From the NCBI GenBank assembly GCA_951406725.2, contig OX597816.1, forward strand, positions 150,102,001 through 150,166,000: 64,000 nt of DNA, given 5' to 3'. Made by a program: the position numbers and the translations under genes. The DNA comes from Octopus vulgaris (lineage: Eukaryota). The notes under the pieces are model-generated. The model did no database searches and was not told the origin of the DNA. It saw only the letters and a list, made by a program, of their open reading frames with translations. Below are positions 38,651 to 51,395 of the stretch, piece after piece (positions within the stretch are counted from its first letter, which is position 1; every line of letters begins with the position of its first letter).

Positions 38651-40679
38651 AGTAGTTCACAGCTAAACAGTAATGTTTCCATCCAAAAATTATTATGAAT
38701 CCCTTGATAATATATTTTACTATTTATTTTCTCAGAGAAAGGAAAAAAAAGGAGAATATGTATATTTTTTGCAAGCACAATATTTAAAGCAAGTGTAAGA
38801 TCATAAGCTCCACTGATGGTGGTAGCTGTTGCTATGATGAAAGCTTTAGCGGCATCAACAATAGTAACACAAACAGCAACAGCTGTAGTAACAGTAGCAT
38901 GAGCAAGAGCAGCAGTGATGCTTTTAAATAGATTTATACCAATATTTCCTTTTTACATGCATGTTTCAAAACAACCCCAACACCTTTCTGACAAAACACC
39001 AGAATTATGAGAATGTCTTATTCTTTCTAATTTATGATTTTCTTTTCAAATTTAAGCCTGTGTCTTACACATTGTAAACGAACTATTTCTTCTTTCTTAC
39101 AAATACCTTTTCCTACTCTTCTTATATTAAACCTGATGTATCTTTTACTTATATTCATACATTTGTTTTCATATTTATTTATCTGTCTACTTAGTTATTT
39201 TTAATTTTTACGATGGGAGGAGCTGCATCAGTCAGTATGAATTCAATATTGTTTCAGCTATCACAAATGACTAGAAATGAAGACTGGCTGGCTGCGTTAT
39301 TATCTGTTTGTATGTCTGTCAGCATGGCTGACTGGTTGACTGAATATAGTGTGCATCTCGCACATATCTCCCTCTCTCACTGTTAATTGTAAAAAGCAAA
39401 GCTAGCAGCTAAGCCACACAAGGACATGCCATAGCAAGTTCAAAGGATATTGTATTTTGCACACCCACATACACTAACATATACACACACTGACACAAAT
39501 ATGCACACCAATGCAGAAACACAATTACACTCACTTGCACACACGCACCCACCACCCAAGCTCTCTAGTACCATTCACAACTAAGTTATCTGAGAACAGT
39601 ACTGTCAAGTTTACTGTGACGCAAGCATTTCAGTTTTGTGATACTGGTCAAATATATTTACTTCTGTCTCCATGACAATATCAGAAATGGAATGGGGAAC
39701 GGATATGAGGGCGTGGTAAGGAAGAGTGATAATCGATACAAGACACACTCAGGCATTATTATTATTACTACTACTACTACTATCCTCATTACTAGTACTA
39801 TCAATTTAATAGTAGGACAACTGTTACTATTAATATTTTTATTACTACATTTACTGTTGTGTCTTACTAGTATGAGTATTATTATTGATATGAGAATAAC
39901 AGCAAGTGAATTCTTTATTGTTCTGCTTCACCATTTGTCTAATTTATGTAACAACCACAGAAACCACAGAAATTTCATTCACAAAACCTATCAAGGCTTT
40001 TGGACAGCCTTTTTTACAATTAGAATCAATCATCTTGGTTTTTAAAAGCTAATAAAACAGAAAAGAATTTAAAACCACATCAAATCGCTATCAGTCATAT
40101 CAACATTTATTTACATCATATTATATACAACCATTACTTTTAAAATTTATTATAAAAATTGCTGGTTTTGTTGTGGGTGAGAAAGACAAACTTCTTGAGG
40201 TGATCATAAGTAATGATAAAGGTCAACCTAACAGTCTACTCCAGAGGACATCCAGCCTGAAGACTATGAACAAATTACAGACATCCTTAGCTTGGCAGTA
40301 CTGGGTAAATTTTTGTTCAAGATAATCTCTGACTATGTCTTTTCTCTCTTTTCAGTTAGGGTAGGCATGTATATCCTATACAGCTTGTTCCTGTCGCCTT
40401 GTCATATTTTAATCTTTCAAAACCTGGCTTAAAGCCACTTTCCTCAATACAATACCTCATTCAGTCTAGGGGTTTTGTCTTGTGAGTTACTTGGTGACCA
40501 CACTAATGCAGGTGTGATAAAAAAAACCCACCTTGTACGTTGTGTAAAGTTACTGTGTTAGGAAGGGCATCTACCCTTCCTAACCACCCCATGTCTCAAA
40601 GCACACACATAAATAATAGCATATAAATTTTGGGTTTCAAAAGCCCTTGTAGATAGAAAAAGCTGAAGGCAGCCTTCAG

Positions 40680-40724
<45 letters not shown>

Positions 40725-41324
40725 AAGAAATAAGGTACTCAGAAATCTGGATGGTTTTACATTTACAGATTTTTATTACTATGTCACATGTTTTTATAAA
40801 TCATATATTAGCACTTGCATCTACTCTAGTAGAATCTCCAGATTTTAATTTGTTTGAGAGGATTCGTCTCTTTTTATAGTATTATTGAGTGTGTAGGGGT
40901 GGAGAGATATATAGGGTAGTAAAAGAGGGTGAGGAATGGGGAGAAAGTGAGAGAGAGAGAGAGTGTGTGTGTGTGTGTGTCTGTGTATCTGAAAGAAGTG
41001 TCAATGGAAAAGAGAAGGAAAGAAAGAAGAAAGAAGAAAAAATGTGTTTACATCGTTAGAGCTGGTTAGTTCTTTCAATAGAAAGTGATGATTTGATTCT
41101 TGGCCTTTAAAAATGGCAAAACCAGGTGGCTACTTTAAGGTCTTGATAAAAGTTATTTTTCAAAAAATTGTCTGGATTTATTATCATCGTCATCATCATT
41201 GTCCAGTGAGAGAGAGTTTTTTTGGGGGGTGTGTGGGTGTGTATGTGTGCGTGTATCTGAATATATATATATATATATCTGTGTGTGTATGTGTTTATCA
41301 TCATCATTTATATATATGTATACT

Positions 41325-41357
<33 letters not shown>

Positions 41358-41577
41358 CTTTGTGCCTGTGCTTGTACTCCATCACTGCTTGGCAACTGTT
41401 TACATCCCTGTAACTTAATGGTTTGAGAAAAGAGACCAACAGAAGAAGCACCAGGCTTAAAAAATAAATCCTGAGGTTGATTTGTTTGACTAAAACCCTT
41501 CATGGTGGTGCTCCAGCATGACTGCAGTCAAATGACTGAAACAAGTAAAAGAATATATACACACACACATATATATA

Positions 41578-42488
41578 TCATCATCATCATTTAACATCCG
41601 TGTTCCATGCTAGCATGGGTGGGATGGTACCACAAGAGTTGGCCAGGCTGAAGCCTGTACCAGACTTCTGTGACTGTTTTGACAGGATTTTAACAGCTGG
41701 ATGCCCTTCCTAACACCAACCACTCATCAGAGTAGACTTAGTGCTTTTTCTGTGGCACAAGCACAGGTAAGGTGAGTAGTGCATTTTACATGGCACATGC
41801 ACAGGCAAGGTCAGTTTTGGCAAGGATTTTACAGCTGGATACCCTTCTGAACACCAACCACTTTACAGTGTGGACTGGGTGCTTTTAAGTGGCACCTGCA
41901 CTGACAGAGTCACCAAGTACTTGCAAGACAAAAACTTTTAAGAAGGGGATAGGCATTGGAGGAGGTGATGATTATAGTGAGACAGATATAGGTATCTTGC
42001 TGAAGAGTAAGTACAAGTTTACCTGGCCGGAGAGAGAAAGATCAGGAATAAAAACAGAAACAGGTGTGCTACTGCAAAGAAAATACATGGTTGCCCAGCC
42101 TGAGGGAAGTGCAGAAGAAAGAGAGTGGGAGACTGCAGGGCCTCACGTAGGCGAGGTGACTGAGTTCCTTTGAACATTGGGTCTCAAAGAGACAAAGTGG
42201 CTGAGCTCCTTTCAAGTGTTGGATCTCATAAGGGCAATGACCAAGACCTTTGGCATTATGTCATGCTTGAGAAGACCCATCAAGCCGAGCAAAATCGCAG
42301 TCATGGTAGACACCAGTGTCACGCAAATGGCACCCATACCGGTGGAACATTAAAGCATTCATTACACTCTCAGAGTGTTAGCGTTAGGAAGGGCATCCAA
42401 CTGTAGAAAACCATGCCAAATCAGTCTGAATCCTGACACAGCCTTCCAGCATGCCAGCATGGACAACAGACGTTAAATGACGATGACG
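41578..42488. mobile_element. Two RTE tail-derived repeats in opposite orientation
   Basis: 41578-41930 on minus (catcatcatttaacatccgtgttccatgctagc) and 42150-42488 on plus (aggaagggcatccaactgtagaaaacc...gttaaatgacgatgac). Confidence 0.7.
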
Positions 42489-42647
42489 ATATATATATAT
42501 ATATATAGACACACACCTACATATATATATATAGAGAGAGAGAGACACACACCTACATATATATATATATACATACACACACACACCTACATATATATAT
42601 ATATATACACACACACACCTACATATATATATATATACACACACACC

Positions 42648-42728
<81 letters not shown>

Positions 42729-42729
42729 C

Positions 42730-42770
<41 letters not shown>
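42489..42770. repeat. Compound (TA)n/(CA)n minisatellite with recurring cacacctac spacer
   Basis: Six units of (ac)n-cctac-(at)n. Confidence 0.9.
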
Positions 42771-42773
<3 letters not shown>

Positions 42774-43340
42774 AAAAATGATGATGATAGTTTTCATGAC
42801 AATTGTTATCTGTGACACATGTAGTAATGAAGTGATGTCAACAGTGCTAGTAATGATGGCGTTGCTGTTATTGAGGATGATGTTTGTGATGACAATGACA
42901 AAGAAAACAATAGAAATGTCAACAAATGAAATTATTAAAAATAGGAGAGAGAGAGAGCTAAAAGATAAACAAGTGCCAGTTTGATCAGATGGTCAAATCC
43001 ATATATAAGATATATTCTGATTAAATGCATAAGAAAATAATTTAACAAGAATTTTAATCTTTATTTTGCATGAATGAATGAAGACTTACATTATTGAATA
43101 AACAGAATAGATGAAAGCAGGAAATACATTGTAAAGCTATGAAGTCCATTGGAGCCAGAACCTGACAAGCTAGATGGTTGTAAAAAAATAACAAATGAAC
43201 AGGGAGGAGAATATGGGGAAGTAGGTGAAAAGAAATATTGGTAGAAAGTTTTTTTGCTGAAGAAAGAGGTTTCCTTTATCAGTTTTCTTTTTCTCTCGAT
43301 TTATTTCAAAATTTGTTATTATTATTATTATTATTATTAA

Positions 43341-43770
43341 GGTGGTGAGTGGGCAGAATTATTAACATGCCGAGCAAAATGCTTATTAGTATTTAGCCTG
43401 TCACTAAGTTCTGAGTTCAAATTCTACCAAGGTCGACTTTGCCTTTTATCCTTTCAGGGTCGATAAAATAAGTACCAGTTGAACACTGGGGGTGATGTAA
43501 TTGACTCATCCCCACCTCCCTCAAGCTGCCCTTGAGGCAAAAATTTGAAATAATAATAATAATTATTATTATATAAGGTAGTGAACTGGCAGAATTGTTA
43601 GCATGCTGGATGAAGTGCTTAGTGGTATTTTGCTCATCTGAGTTCAAGTTCCGCTAAGGTCGACTTTGCCTTTCATCCTTTAGGGGTTGATAAATTAAGT
43701 ACCAGTGAAACACTGGGTCGATGTAATCAAATAGTCCCCTCCCCCAAAATTCCAGGCCTCATGCCTATAG
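43341..43770 (+). mobile_element. Two tandem tRNA-derived SINEs with a Meta/Sauria-like central domain, in (TTA)n
   Basis: ggtggtgagtgggcagaatt...gagttcaaattc...ggtcgactttgcctttcatcctttaggggttgataaa at 43341-43550 and 43577-43770. Same family at 46551-46765 and 46787-47000. The domain assignment is from memory. Confidence 0.78.
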
Positions 43771-43859
43771 TACAGTGGTTCCCAATCCTTTCACTATCAA
43801 AGACCCCTTTTAATATGCTTATCCTTACACACATACACACACATATTAGAAGTAAATAG

Positions 43860-44640
43860 ACACCCCATAAAACATCGTTTTCTGTTTATTCTAACTTGTA
43901 AAGGTTTATATTTCTTTTTAATTGACATTTTTATGTTTCAGATTCTATATGTGACTGTTTAATCATACCATGTACAAAAGAAGCTTTGGAACTGCCTGAA
44001 TTTCAAAGAGGCCATATTGTGGGTCATTTTGAAGGTGGATATAGTCAGTATAAAATCGCAGAAAACCTTGGGATCTCGCTTTCTACAGTTAATAGAGTGA
44101 TTGTGTAATTCACAAGAGAGAGGAAGGAGTTCACATCACCTTGTCCAGATCAACCAGATACCTCTGACAGGACCCTTCTCTTTGCTAAGAGAAGTGTGGA
44201 GGATAGTCATCATTGCAAGATTTCTGACATAGCAAAGCAAGTTGATGCTGGTCCCAAAACAGCTGTCAGGTATCTCCACAAACTCGGTTACTATGACAGA
44301 GCAGGAAGAAGGAAGTCACATCTTTGACCAGCCAATATGAAGTAGAGAAAAGATTGGGTCAGTGAGATGGTGGAGAGGCCATCAGCATTTTGGGACACTA
44401 TTATATTCTCTGATGAGTCCAGATTTGCTGTATTTCCTAACAGTGGTCGAGTGTGGGTCTGGAGACTCTGTGATCAAGAATTTGATGCGAAAAGATTGCA
44501 AACAGCAATGAAACACAGCAGTTATTCTGTGATGGTCTGGGGAAAAACTTGGAGCAATGATTGATCAGAGCTGGCTGAGTGTGAGGAAAAGATAAACTCA
44601 AATAAATGTGTCCATATTGCAGAAAGGACTCCTTCCAGTT
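43860..44640 (+). mobile_element. Tc1 transposon remnant, 3'-truncated
   Basis: [38 protein letters not shown] (HTH), WDTIIFSDESRF and KHSSYSVMVWG, with stops. Confidence 0.88.
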
Positions 44641-46440
44641 TACACTGTTTTTTGTCTTCTTTAATCATATCTAGCCTTCTGGCTTCAATAGTATGGTCAG
44701 TCTAGTCTTTCTGGAGAAATCCTATAAAATACTATAATTATTATTCTCTCTCACAGCTCCCTAGCTCATGTTCATATCCCTTTTCTACTACTTTGAATCC
44801 ATACATCTGGCTAAAATTCTAATGTACTCTTTTACTGATATAAATACACCCGAGTTCATACTCCTTTTGTGTTAGCTTACATTCACTTAAGAGATAATTA
44901 ATACTTTCATCTCCTTTCCAACAGATTCTGCAGTTGCTCTAAGTTTTATCAATCTTTGCCTTAGTTAAATTGTTCTAATGATTTGTTCCTGAGTAGCTAT
45001 TATTTTTTATTTGGTTTCTTGCTTCAGGTTTCAATCTGTCAGCTGCAACCAGCATTCTCTAGTTGTAACATCCTTGGTTTGTTGCATGAACAGGTCAGGA
45101 AAGAGAATTCTTTCTCTTTCTGGCTATTTGTCCAGTTGTTCTTCCTTTTTGACTTATCCTACTGTTTCAGTAACTTTTTAGATATTTCTTGCTACTGATA
45201 ATATTCTTTCTTTACTATGTACAACATAGTTTTCAAATACAATATTGCATCATTGATGGCATCTTCTGTGTTTAACAATCCTCAGCCATCTTTTCTTGGT
45301 AGGTAAAGCTTGCCAACATTACTTTTAGAGTGGTGGACATTGTGAGCAGCTTCCTAATTCTTCTAATACCTGTAGCTCTGTCTGTTTTAGAAAAGAAACA
45401 TATTCATTATTCAACTTTACTCAGAATTGGTCTTATTTCTGGTGGAATTTATATGGGTAGTAGGATACTACCTATAACCTCAGACATTTATGATTTCAAG
45501 AAGCCACTGAGTGCTCAAAACCCTTCTGATGATCTTTCCTAAGAGGCAAATGTTCTGTAGGAGTTCTACATGACATTCCATTTTAATCTTTTATATCCAT
45601 TTGTCTATGTCATCACTCACAATCTCTAAAGCACCAATTACCACAGATACAACCTTTACAGATTTTATGTTCCACATCTTTGCAATTTCAAATTTTAAGG
45701 GGTTGTATTTTTTCAACTTTTCATCTGCGTTCTTCACAATGATGCAAATTCATGTCCATTTAAATAAGAAGATTCAATTTTCCGTGTCTATTATTGTAAT
45801 ATCTGGTTTCTTATGTTCTATTTTCTTATTCATTTGAACTGGCAAATCTCACAAAATCTAGCATGTTTCCAACTCAAATACTCATTCTACCTGATGATTG
45901 TACCATGTACTTCCTGCTTCAAATCCCCATTTCTGACAAAGCTTCCTCTGTACTTGATCGTATCTCCATTTCTTATATTTTTTCTAGGTCAACTTGGGGT
46001 ATTTTGCAACAATATATACATTGTTTCATCTAAAATTCCACATACTCAACATATTGCTGATACCTTCTCCCTATACACATATTTTCTCAAGCTGTTAGTT
46101 TTTAGCATTTGAGCTTGAGCAGCTATAATAAGGCTTTCTGCTTCCTTTTTCAATTACCCCTTTTTTAACGAATCTCAGGATTTTCTTCCACATACATCCT
46201 CAGTGGTTTTCCAAAATTGACCATGCAAAGTTTTCTCATCAACTTGTTTAACATGTTCTCTTTGAATTTCATTCTTGTCTTTTTCCAGTCTTGATCACAT
46301 GTTCTTTATTCACTACCTTTAGTAACTTTCCTGTGTTGTTCTGTAAATAATCTAAGAAGTTGTTTCATTCTATCTGCATACACTCTTCCACATCAAGTAA
46401 ACTCTTCCTTGGCCTCTCTTAACAGCTGGTTAACATCAGT
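44641..46440 (-). mobile_element. Two decayed fragments of R4/Dong-type (RLE) non-LTR retrotransposons
   Basis: Minus translations include LYLPRKDG*GLLN, TDHTIEARRLDMI, KPDITIID and KKYNPLKFEIAKMW...VVIGAL (restriction-like endonuclease region). Confidence 0.72.
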
Positions 46441-46501
46441 TTTTGAAGAGTGGGCTCCATACATAGTTTTACTGTCAAGTTTCTGCATTTTGACTTTTTT
46501 A

Positions 46502-46534
<33 letters not shown>

Positions 46535-46550
46535 TATTATTATTATTTAA

Positions 46551-47000
46551 AGCAGCGAGTTGGCAAAATTGTTAGCACACTGGATGAAATGATAAGTGGT
46601 ATTTTGCTTGTCACTATGTTCTGAGTTCAAGTTCTGCTGGGGGCGACTCTGCCTTTAATCTTTGCGGGGTCGATTAAATCAGTTACACACTAGAGTCGAT
46701 GTAATCGACTTAATCTCCTTGTTTGTCTCCTCTATGTTTAACCCCCTGTAGGCAATAAAGAAATAATAATTAATATTATTATTTAAGGTGGTGAGCAGCA
46801 GAATCATTAGCACACTGGATGAAATGCTTAGTGGTGTCTTGCCTGTCACTATGTTCTGAGTTCAAATTCCGCTGGGGGCGAATTTGCCTTTCATCCATTT
46901 GGGGTTGATAAATTAAGTACCAGTGTTTCACTGGGGTTGATGTAACTGACTAGTCTCCTCCCACAAAATTTCAGGCCTTGTGCTTTTAGTAGAAAGGATT
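46551..47000 (+). mobile_element. Two tandem tRNA-derived SINEs in (TAA/TTA)n
   Basis: Same family as 43341-43770. Confidence 0.78.
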
Positions 47001-47859
47001 ATTTTAATTATTATTATTACTATTCAACATCTGGTAGTTTCAGGCAAATTTCTATTCCATCACCTGCTACACCTCCATGTTGCTGGGATGTGTACAGCAT
47101 TGTGTGTTCTGTTTTGTTGTTGGGGAAGTGCAAACTCTTCCTGGTATTGTATTGCATCAGTTTGTTTTGTTATGGGGTCTGGTTGCAGTCTTTTGTTGTA
47201 TTAGTGTTTGTACTCTGGGTTGTGTGTGTAATGCAAGTTATGTTCTTCTGTCGGGTATCCAGCCTGTAGAGTACATGTTATGGTGATTGTTTATTTAATT
47301 GGGTATTTGCTATATAGAGTGTCTTGTGTTTATGGATTGTTTTGTTTGGGTTGTATTCTTGAACTGATAATGCCTTGTGCAGTATGTGGGCTGTGCTTAG
47401 CAGGGCTTTTTTCTAGATAGTGTGTAGTGTTGAGGGTCCAGGTATAACTTTTACATTTCTGTTCATATGTTTTTTGTCATACTCAATACTCTGCTTGTTA
47501 CTGGTATTGTCTTCACCTTCATAATCCATATCTTGAATACTTCAGTTTCAAGGTCTTTGTACTTTGATAATTTCTCTACTTCTTTGGGGGCAATATTTTT
47601 GTCAGAAGGGACTGCAATGTCTATCAGTAAGCAATTGTTTCCCCCTACCCCTACCAATCCTTGATTATTAAGACTGGGAATTAGCTTTATTTCTTTGTCA
47701 GTTTGAACAGGCATATCCCAGATGACTGTGGCCTGGTTTTTGTCATGTACCTTGTTTGACACATGCTTATACTATTTCTTGTTAGTTTTTATGTTGTAGT
47801 GTTGGCATATTTTCCAGTGGATATATAACTACTTATTTGGTCATGACTGTATATATATA

Positions 47860-48960
47860 TTCATATATAGGAAAAAAAGCAACAAGAATGGATTAAAATC
47901 TCGGTACGATCGTTTTGTACGAGGACATCTTTAATAAGCTACAAAAAATGCAGTGAATACAGATGGCTCGTACTCGTCAGCCGAAAAAATATCAGAGAAT
48001 TCCCAAACATCAAAAGGGGTAGATACAAAAGAGGTTGTAAGATTAACTGCATTGAAGAAAGTTTGATTCATGGAGATCCGATGAAAGGTTTTAAACCTAT
48101 AGAATTGATGCATGTCTACATATAGCTCATATTGAATATTTGATCAAGTTGTATGAAGAAATTTTCGGATACAGTCATGCAAAATTTCTGAAAATCCGAG
48201 TAAGAGGCAAAGTGACTGCCACATCATGTAGAGAAAAGTCTGAGTAAAAACATAGTGACTGTCATATCGTGTAGAGGAACAGATTGTTATTGAAATTTAC
48301 AAGAATCGCAGATAAGTTCGATTTTTTGGAGATCCGATGAAAAAGTCTTGAACTTACAAAATTTGTGTATGTCCTTATAGTTCGTAATCCAGTTTTGTGG
48401 AGAGATTTAGGGTACAATCATGCGAAAATATCAGGGAGTCCGAATGAGAAGCAAAAATGACAGTCTTATATTGTAGTGGTTCAGGTAGTTAATGAAATAT
48501 TCAAGAATCACAGAAAGAGGAGGAAGGGGGTAGGAATTTAATCAGTTACTGCTATTTAAGCTGTCAAAGAGAAAGGAAAGGGGAAGCTAAGGGAATGGGC
48601 ACAATTTGATACTAACAAAAAAGTCTAAGTTTGTTTGGAACAAATTCGAACTGAGGTCAACAATTTATTTCTTTATTTATAAATGTTACTATTAATAGAT
48701 TGTCAGGTTACAAAGATGTCATTAGAAAGGAAAGAAAAATGGGATTGTTTTTAAATGAAATTAAACTATTATATTATTATTATACTAAACTATAATACAT
48801 ACATAATGTTATTAAATGAAATTATACTAAACTATAATACACTACACTATATTATATTAAATTATTTTGATATATTATATCACATCACAATACACTACGA
48901 TAGGTCTGGTATTAGCAGAATTAATTTTTAAAAGTTTAAAAAAATATATTCATATATATA
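47860..48960 (-). mobile_element. Penelope/retrozyme-like non-coding insertion with terminal hammerhead motif and ~255-bp internal repeats
   Basis: Sits in a (TA)n site splitting the R4 element. Repeats start ggagatccgatgaaa at ~48072 and ~48328. Hammerhead motif at 47899-47986. Confidence 0.6.
47899..47986 (-). ncRNA. Type I hammerhead ribozyme motif with extended stem II, G12A mutant
   Basis: Minus strand tttcgg-CTGACGA-gtacgag...ctcgtac-AAAA-cgatcg-TA-ccgaga. Stem II is 7 perfect bp, stem III is the palindrome ACGATCGT, the triplet is GUA, and GAAA is changed to AAAA at 47916. Confidence 0.75.
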
Positions 48961-50069
48961 TATATATTCAGATTTGACAAGAACTGGACAACTAGACGTG
49001 ATGTGGTCAACTGTCTCATTGTGCTAGTTGCACATTCTACATTTGGTGTTAGGGCTTGTTTTCGTTAGTTGTTTTTATAGTTGTTTGTGGTCAGGCATTA
49101 GTTTTGTGCAGCAAGAATCAGTTTTTCCATTTCAGCTTTTAGTCCAAAGCTTTTGAATCATTGTTGGCTTTTACTTAGGTTCAGCTCTTCTCTGTCAAAC
49201 CATGCAGAGTATTGGCCATGGAGTGACTTTTTCTTTTCATTTCTTCTTTAGTATGTTTTGTAGTTCTCTTTTTGTGTTTTGTCTCTTTAACCATATGTTG
49301 TCATCTGAGATCAGTGTATCAGTGTAGTTTGTTTTTGTTTTGTATTTTGTTGCCTCCTTGTGTATAGAGAAAAGCATTTCATTTTTCTCATGTTGCCTTA
49401 TTGCATGTAGTAATCTTCCACTTTCTGTTTCTAAATGCTTTTCTAGTCCAACTGTTGTTATTTTATAATAATCCTCTATCTGTGTCTGACTGTGCCCTCC
49501 TCCTAAGCAGGGTAGATATATTCTGTGTGTGTCTGCTTTGGGGTGGTGACTTCAGTATGCTACTAACAGTTTTCTGGTTCTTCTAAATTTCTCAATTCAC
49601 CGATCTTCCAGTTTATTATGTTGAAGATGTAATTTTTGACAGGTGTAGCTAGTATGTTTAACCTTATTATCTTATTTTTAACATTGAGTTCAGCGTTTAA
49701 TATTAGTCTAACACTTCTGTAATATTCTCTCCTAATTTTCTCTTTCATTTTTGTGTGTTGTATTTTAGCTATTTCGTCTATTCCTAGATATTTGTATGGG
49801 CGATTATGGGCTAATTCTCTGATTTCTATGTCAAGTGCAGTGTTTTCAGTGCTGAATTATTTGCCCCTTCTCAGTGTCATTTTGTCACATTTGCCCAGCC
49901 CCATATTCATCCTGATGTCCTTGCTGAAACTATGGACAATTTTTAAAAGGTTTTTCTGTTCCATGGTGCTTTTAGTGAAAATTTTTAAGTCATCGTCATC
50001 ATCATCATTAATATTGTTGTTTTGATTCTCGCTGTTCTATTTACAGTTGTTCTTTACTTGAAAGTAGGC

Positions 50070-50500
50070 AATAACAAATCACCAAAGGTTTCAAGTAGTG
50101 CCTTCTCCTGTGACTCAGAGACAATATTCACCTTAGAATGCAAGCTGGACCCAACAATGCTGTCTTCTGGATCACTTCAAGCCTAACAGTAGCTCCAATA
50201 TTCTTAATATGTTTTTCAAAGCTCTTGGAAACTGCTCCCAATGCTCCAATTACCACCGGTATCACCATTACTTTCCTCATGCCCCATAACTTTCCTATCT
50301 CATCCTGCAGTGGCTGGTATTACTCACTCTTTTCTGTTTCCTTACATTTCACTCTTGAATCACCTGGTATTGCAACATCTATTATCTTTGCTTCTTTTTC
50401 ATCTTTATGGATGATCATGATATCTGGCTGGCTTGCCTTTATACCTTGGTTGCACTGTATATTAAAATCCCAGAGTATTTTGTAATGAACATTTTCCATT
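50070..50500 (-). mobile_element. R4/Dong-type RLE 3' fragment
   Basis: ILWDFNIQ...QPDIMIIHKDEKEAKIIDVAIPGD...VIPVVIGALG...IQKTALLG. Confidence 0.85.
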
Positions 50501-51270
50501 ATTCATACCACACAGTCAACTAATTTGGGAATACATATCTGTCATTTCTTTCTCCACCTTCATACATACATACAGCCATTCCCTCTTTCTCTCCCTCAAT
50601 AATTCTTCCTGTTTTAGGTTAATTACATACCCATACTATTTTCCAATCACATTAAGTCTCCTATACTTATTCACATACACACACAAATAGTCTAAACATT
50701 TTGAAGGAGAGAGGAAGAGACTGACTCTCTCACCCACTTTCTTCTCCAGAAGAAGCAACTGAAACCACTGTTTATATATGAATCATCTCTCTTGCCAAAT
50801 AAATATTTAAGTTGATCTGTTAATATCGAAGTTGTTGATGGATGAAATGAACACCAAGAAAACAGATTTTCAGTTGTCTTAATGTTTTAAAATTGGTCTT
50901 ATTATTATTAAGAATACTTCTAGCACTATTACTGAAACTATTGTTACTTTTTTTATTTATTTCCTTTTGTTAACATCCACCATTATGCTTTAGTGCAACC
51001 TAACAACTTTGCAGTTTTCCTTAATATCTCCTGAAATTGCAATTGAAACAAAAATCCCACAGGAATAAAATACATGAAACAGGGGTGGGGTGGTAATATA
51101 AAACATATACCAAAAAACAACAAAAAAACCTAGAAAGATACAAAAAAAAACATAGCAAATGAAGACTATGATGATTAAGATGAAAAGAGAGAGAGAGAAA
51201 AAAATGGATTTTATTTTGTGCTCTATAATAAATAAATATAGAAAAGATCAGGAATAAAAACTCAACTTAC

Positions 51271-51376
51271 CAGTGCCATATTGATTTCGTTGGTGTCTGA
51301 TTCAGGATATGGTGTATATATTGCCAATGCTACACAATTTGCAAAGATGGTCATGAGAATAAGAGCTTCAAAAGCT
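51271..51376 (-). CDS. Cav1: L-type voltage-gated Ca2+ channel alpha-1 subunit, internal exon encoding domain I S1 and S1-S2 loop
   Basis: Minus strand reads ttccttaactctttgctac|A GCT TTT GAA...GCA CTG|gtaagt, 106 nt. Translates (x)[35 protein letters not shown] (FANCVALA is the Cav1 IS1 motif). Its phase-0 end joins in frame to the exon at 4588. Confidence 0.95.
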
Positions 51377-51395
51377 GTAGCAAAGAGTTAAGGAA
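51377..51395 (-). promoter_or_regulatory. U12-type (minor spliceosome) branch point TTCCTTAAC and AC 3' splice site
   Basis: TTCCTTAAC at 51395-51387, then 10 nt ending in AC, with no long polypyrimidine tract. The position matches the known minor intron before IS1 in Cav alpha-1 genes. The donor is outside the window. Confidence 0.85.

Larger units (their letters stand above)
47200..50005 (-). mobile_element. R4/Dong-type non-LTR retrotransposon (RT C-terminus to RLE), interrupted at ~47850-48965
   Basis: DDLKIF, YKYLGI, IRREYYRSVRLILNAELN, HGQY, CRMC...ETVDHITSSC (CCHC knuckle), then past the insertion VIWDMPVQTDK...LLIDIAVPSD...EKLSKYKDL. Confidence 0.85.

Noticed and set aside
39180-39720. 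TE-poor stretch with a TGACGCAA motif (39617-39624), possible enhancer or internal promoter
   Set aside because: A single short motif, with no conservation or expression data available here.
40730-40880. Small hairpins (tctactctagtaga; gaatctc/gaggattc) at a repeat end
   Set aside because: No recognisable ribozyme core, and the stems are short.
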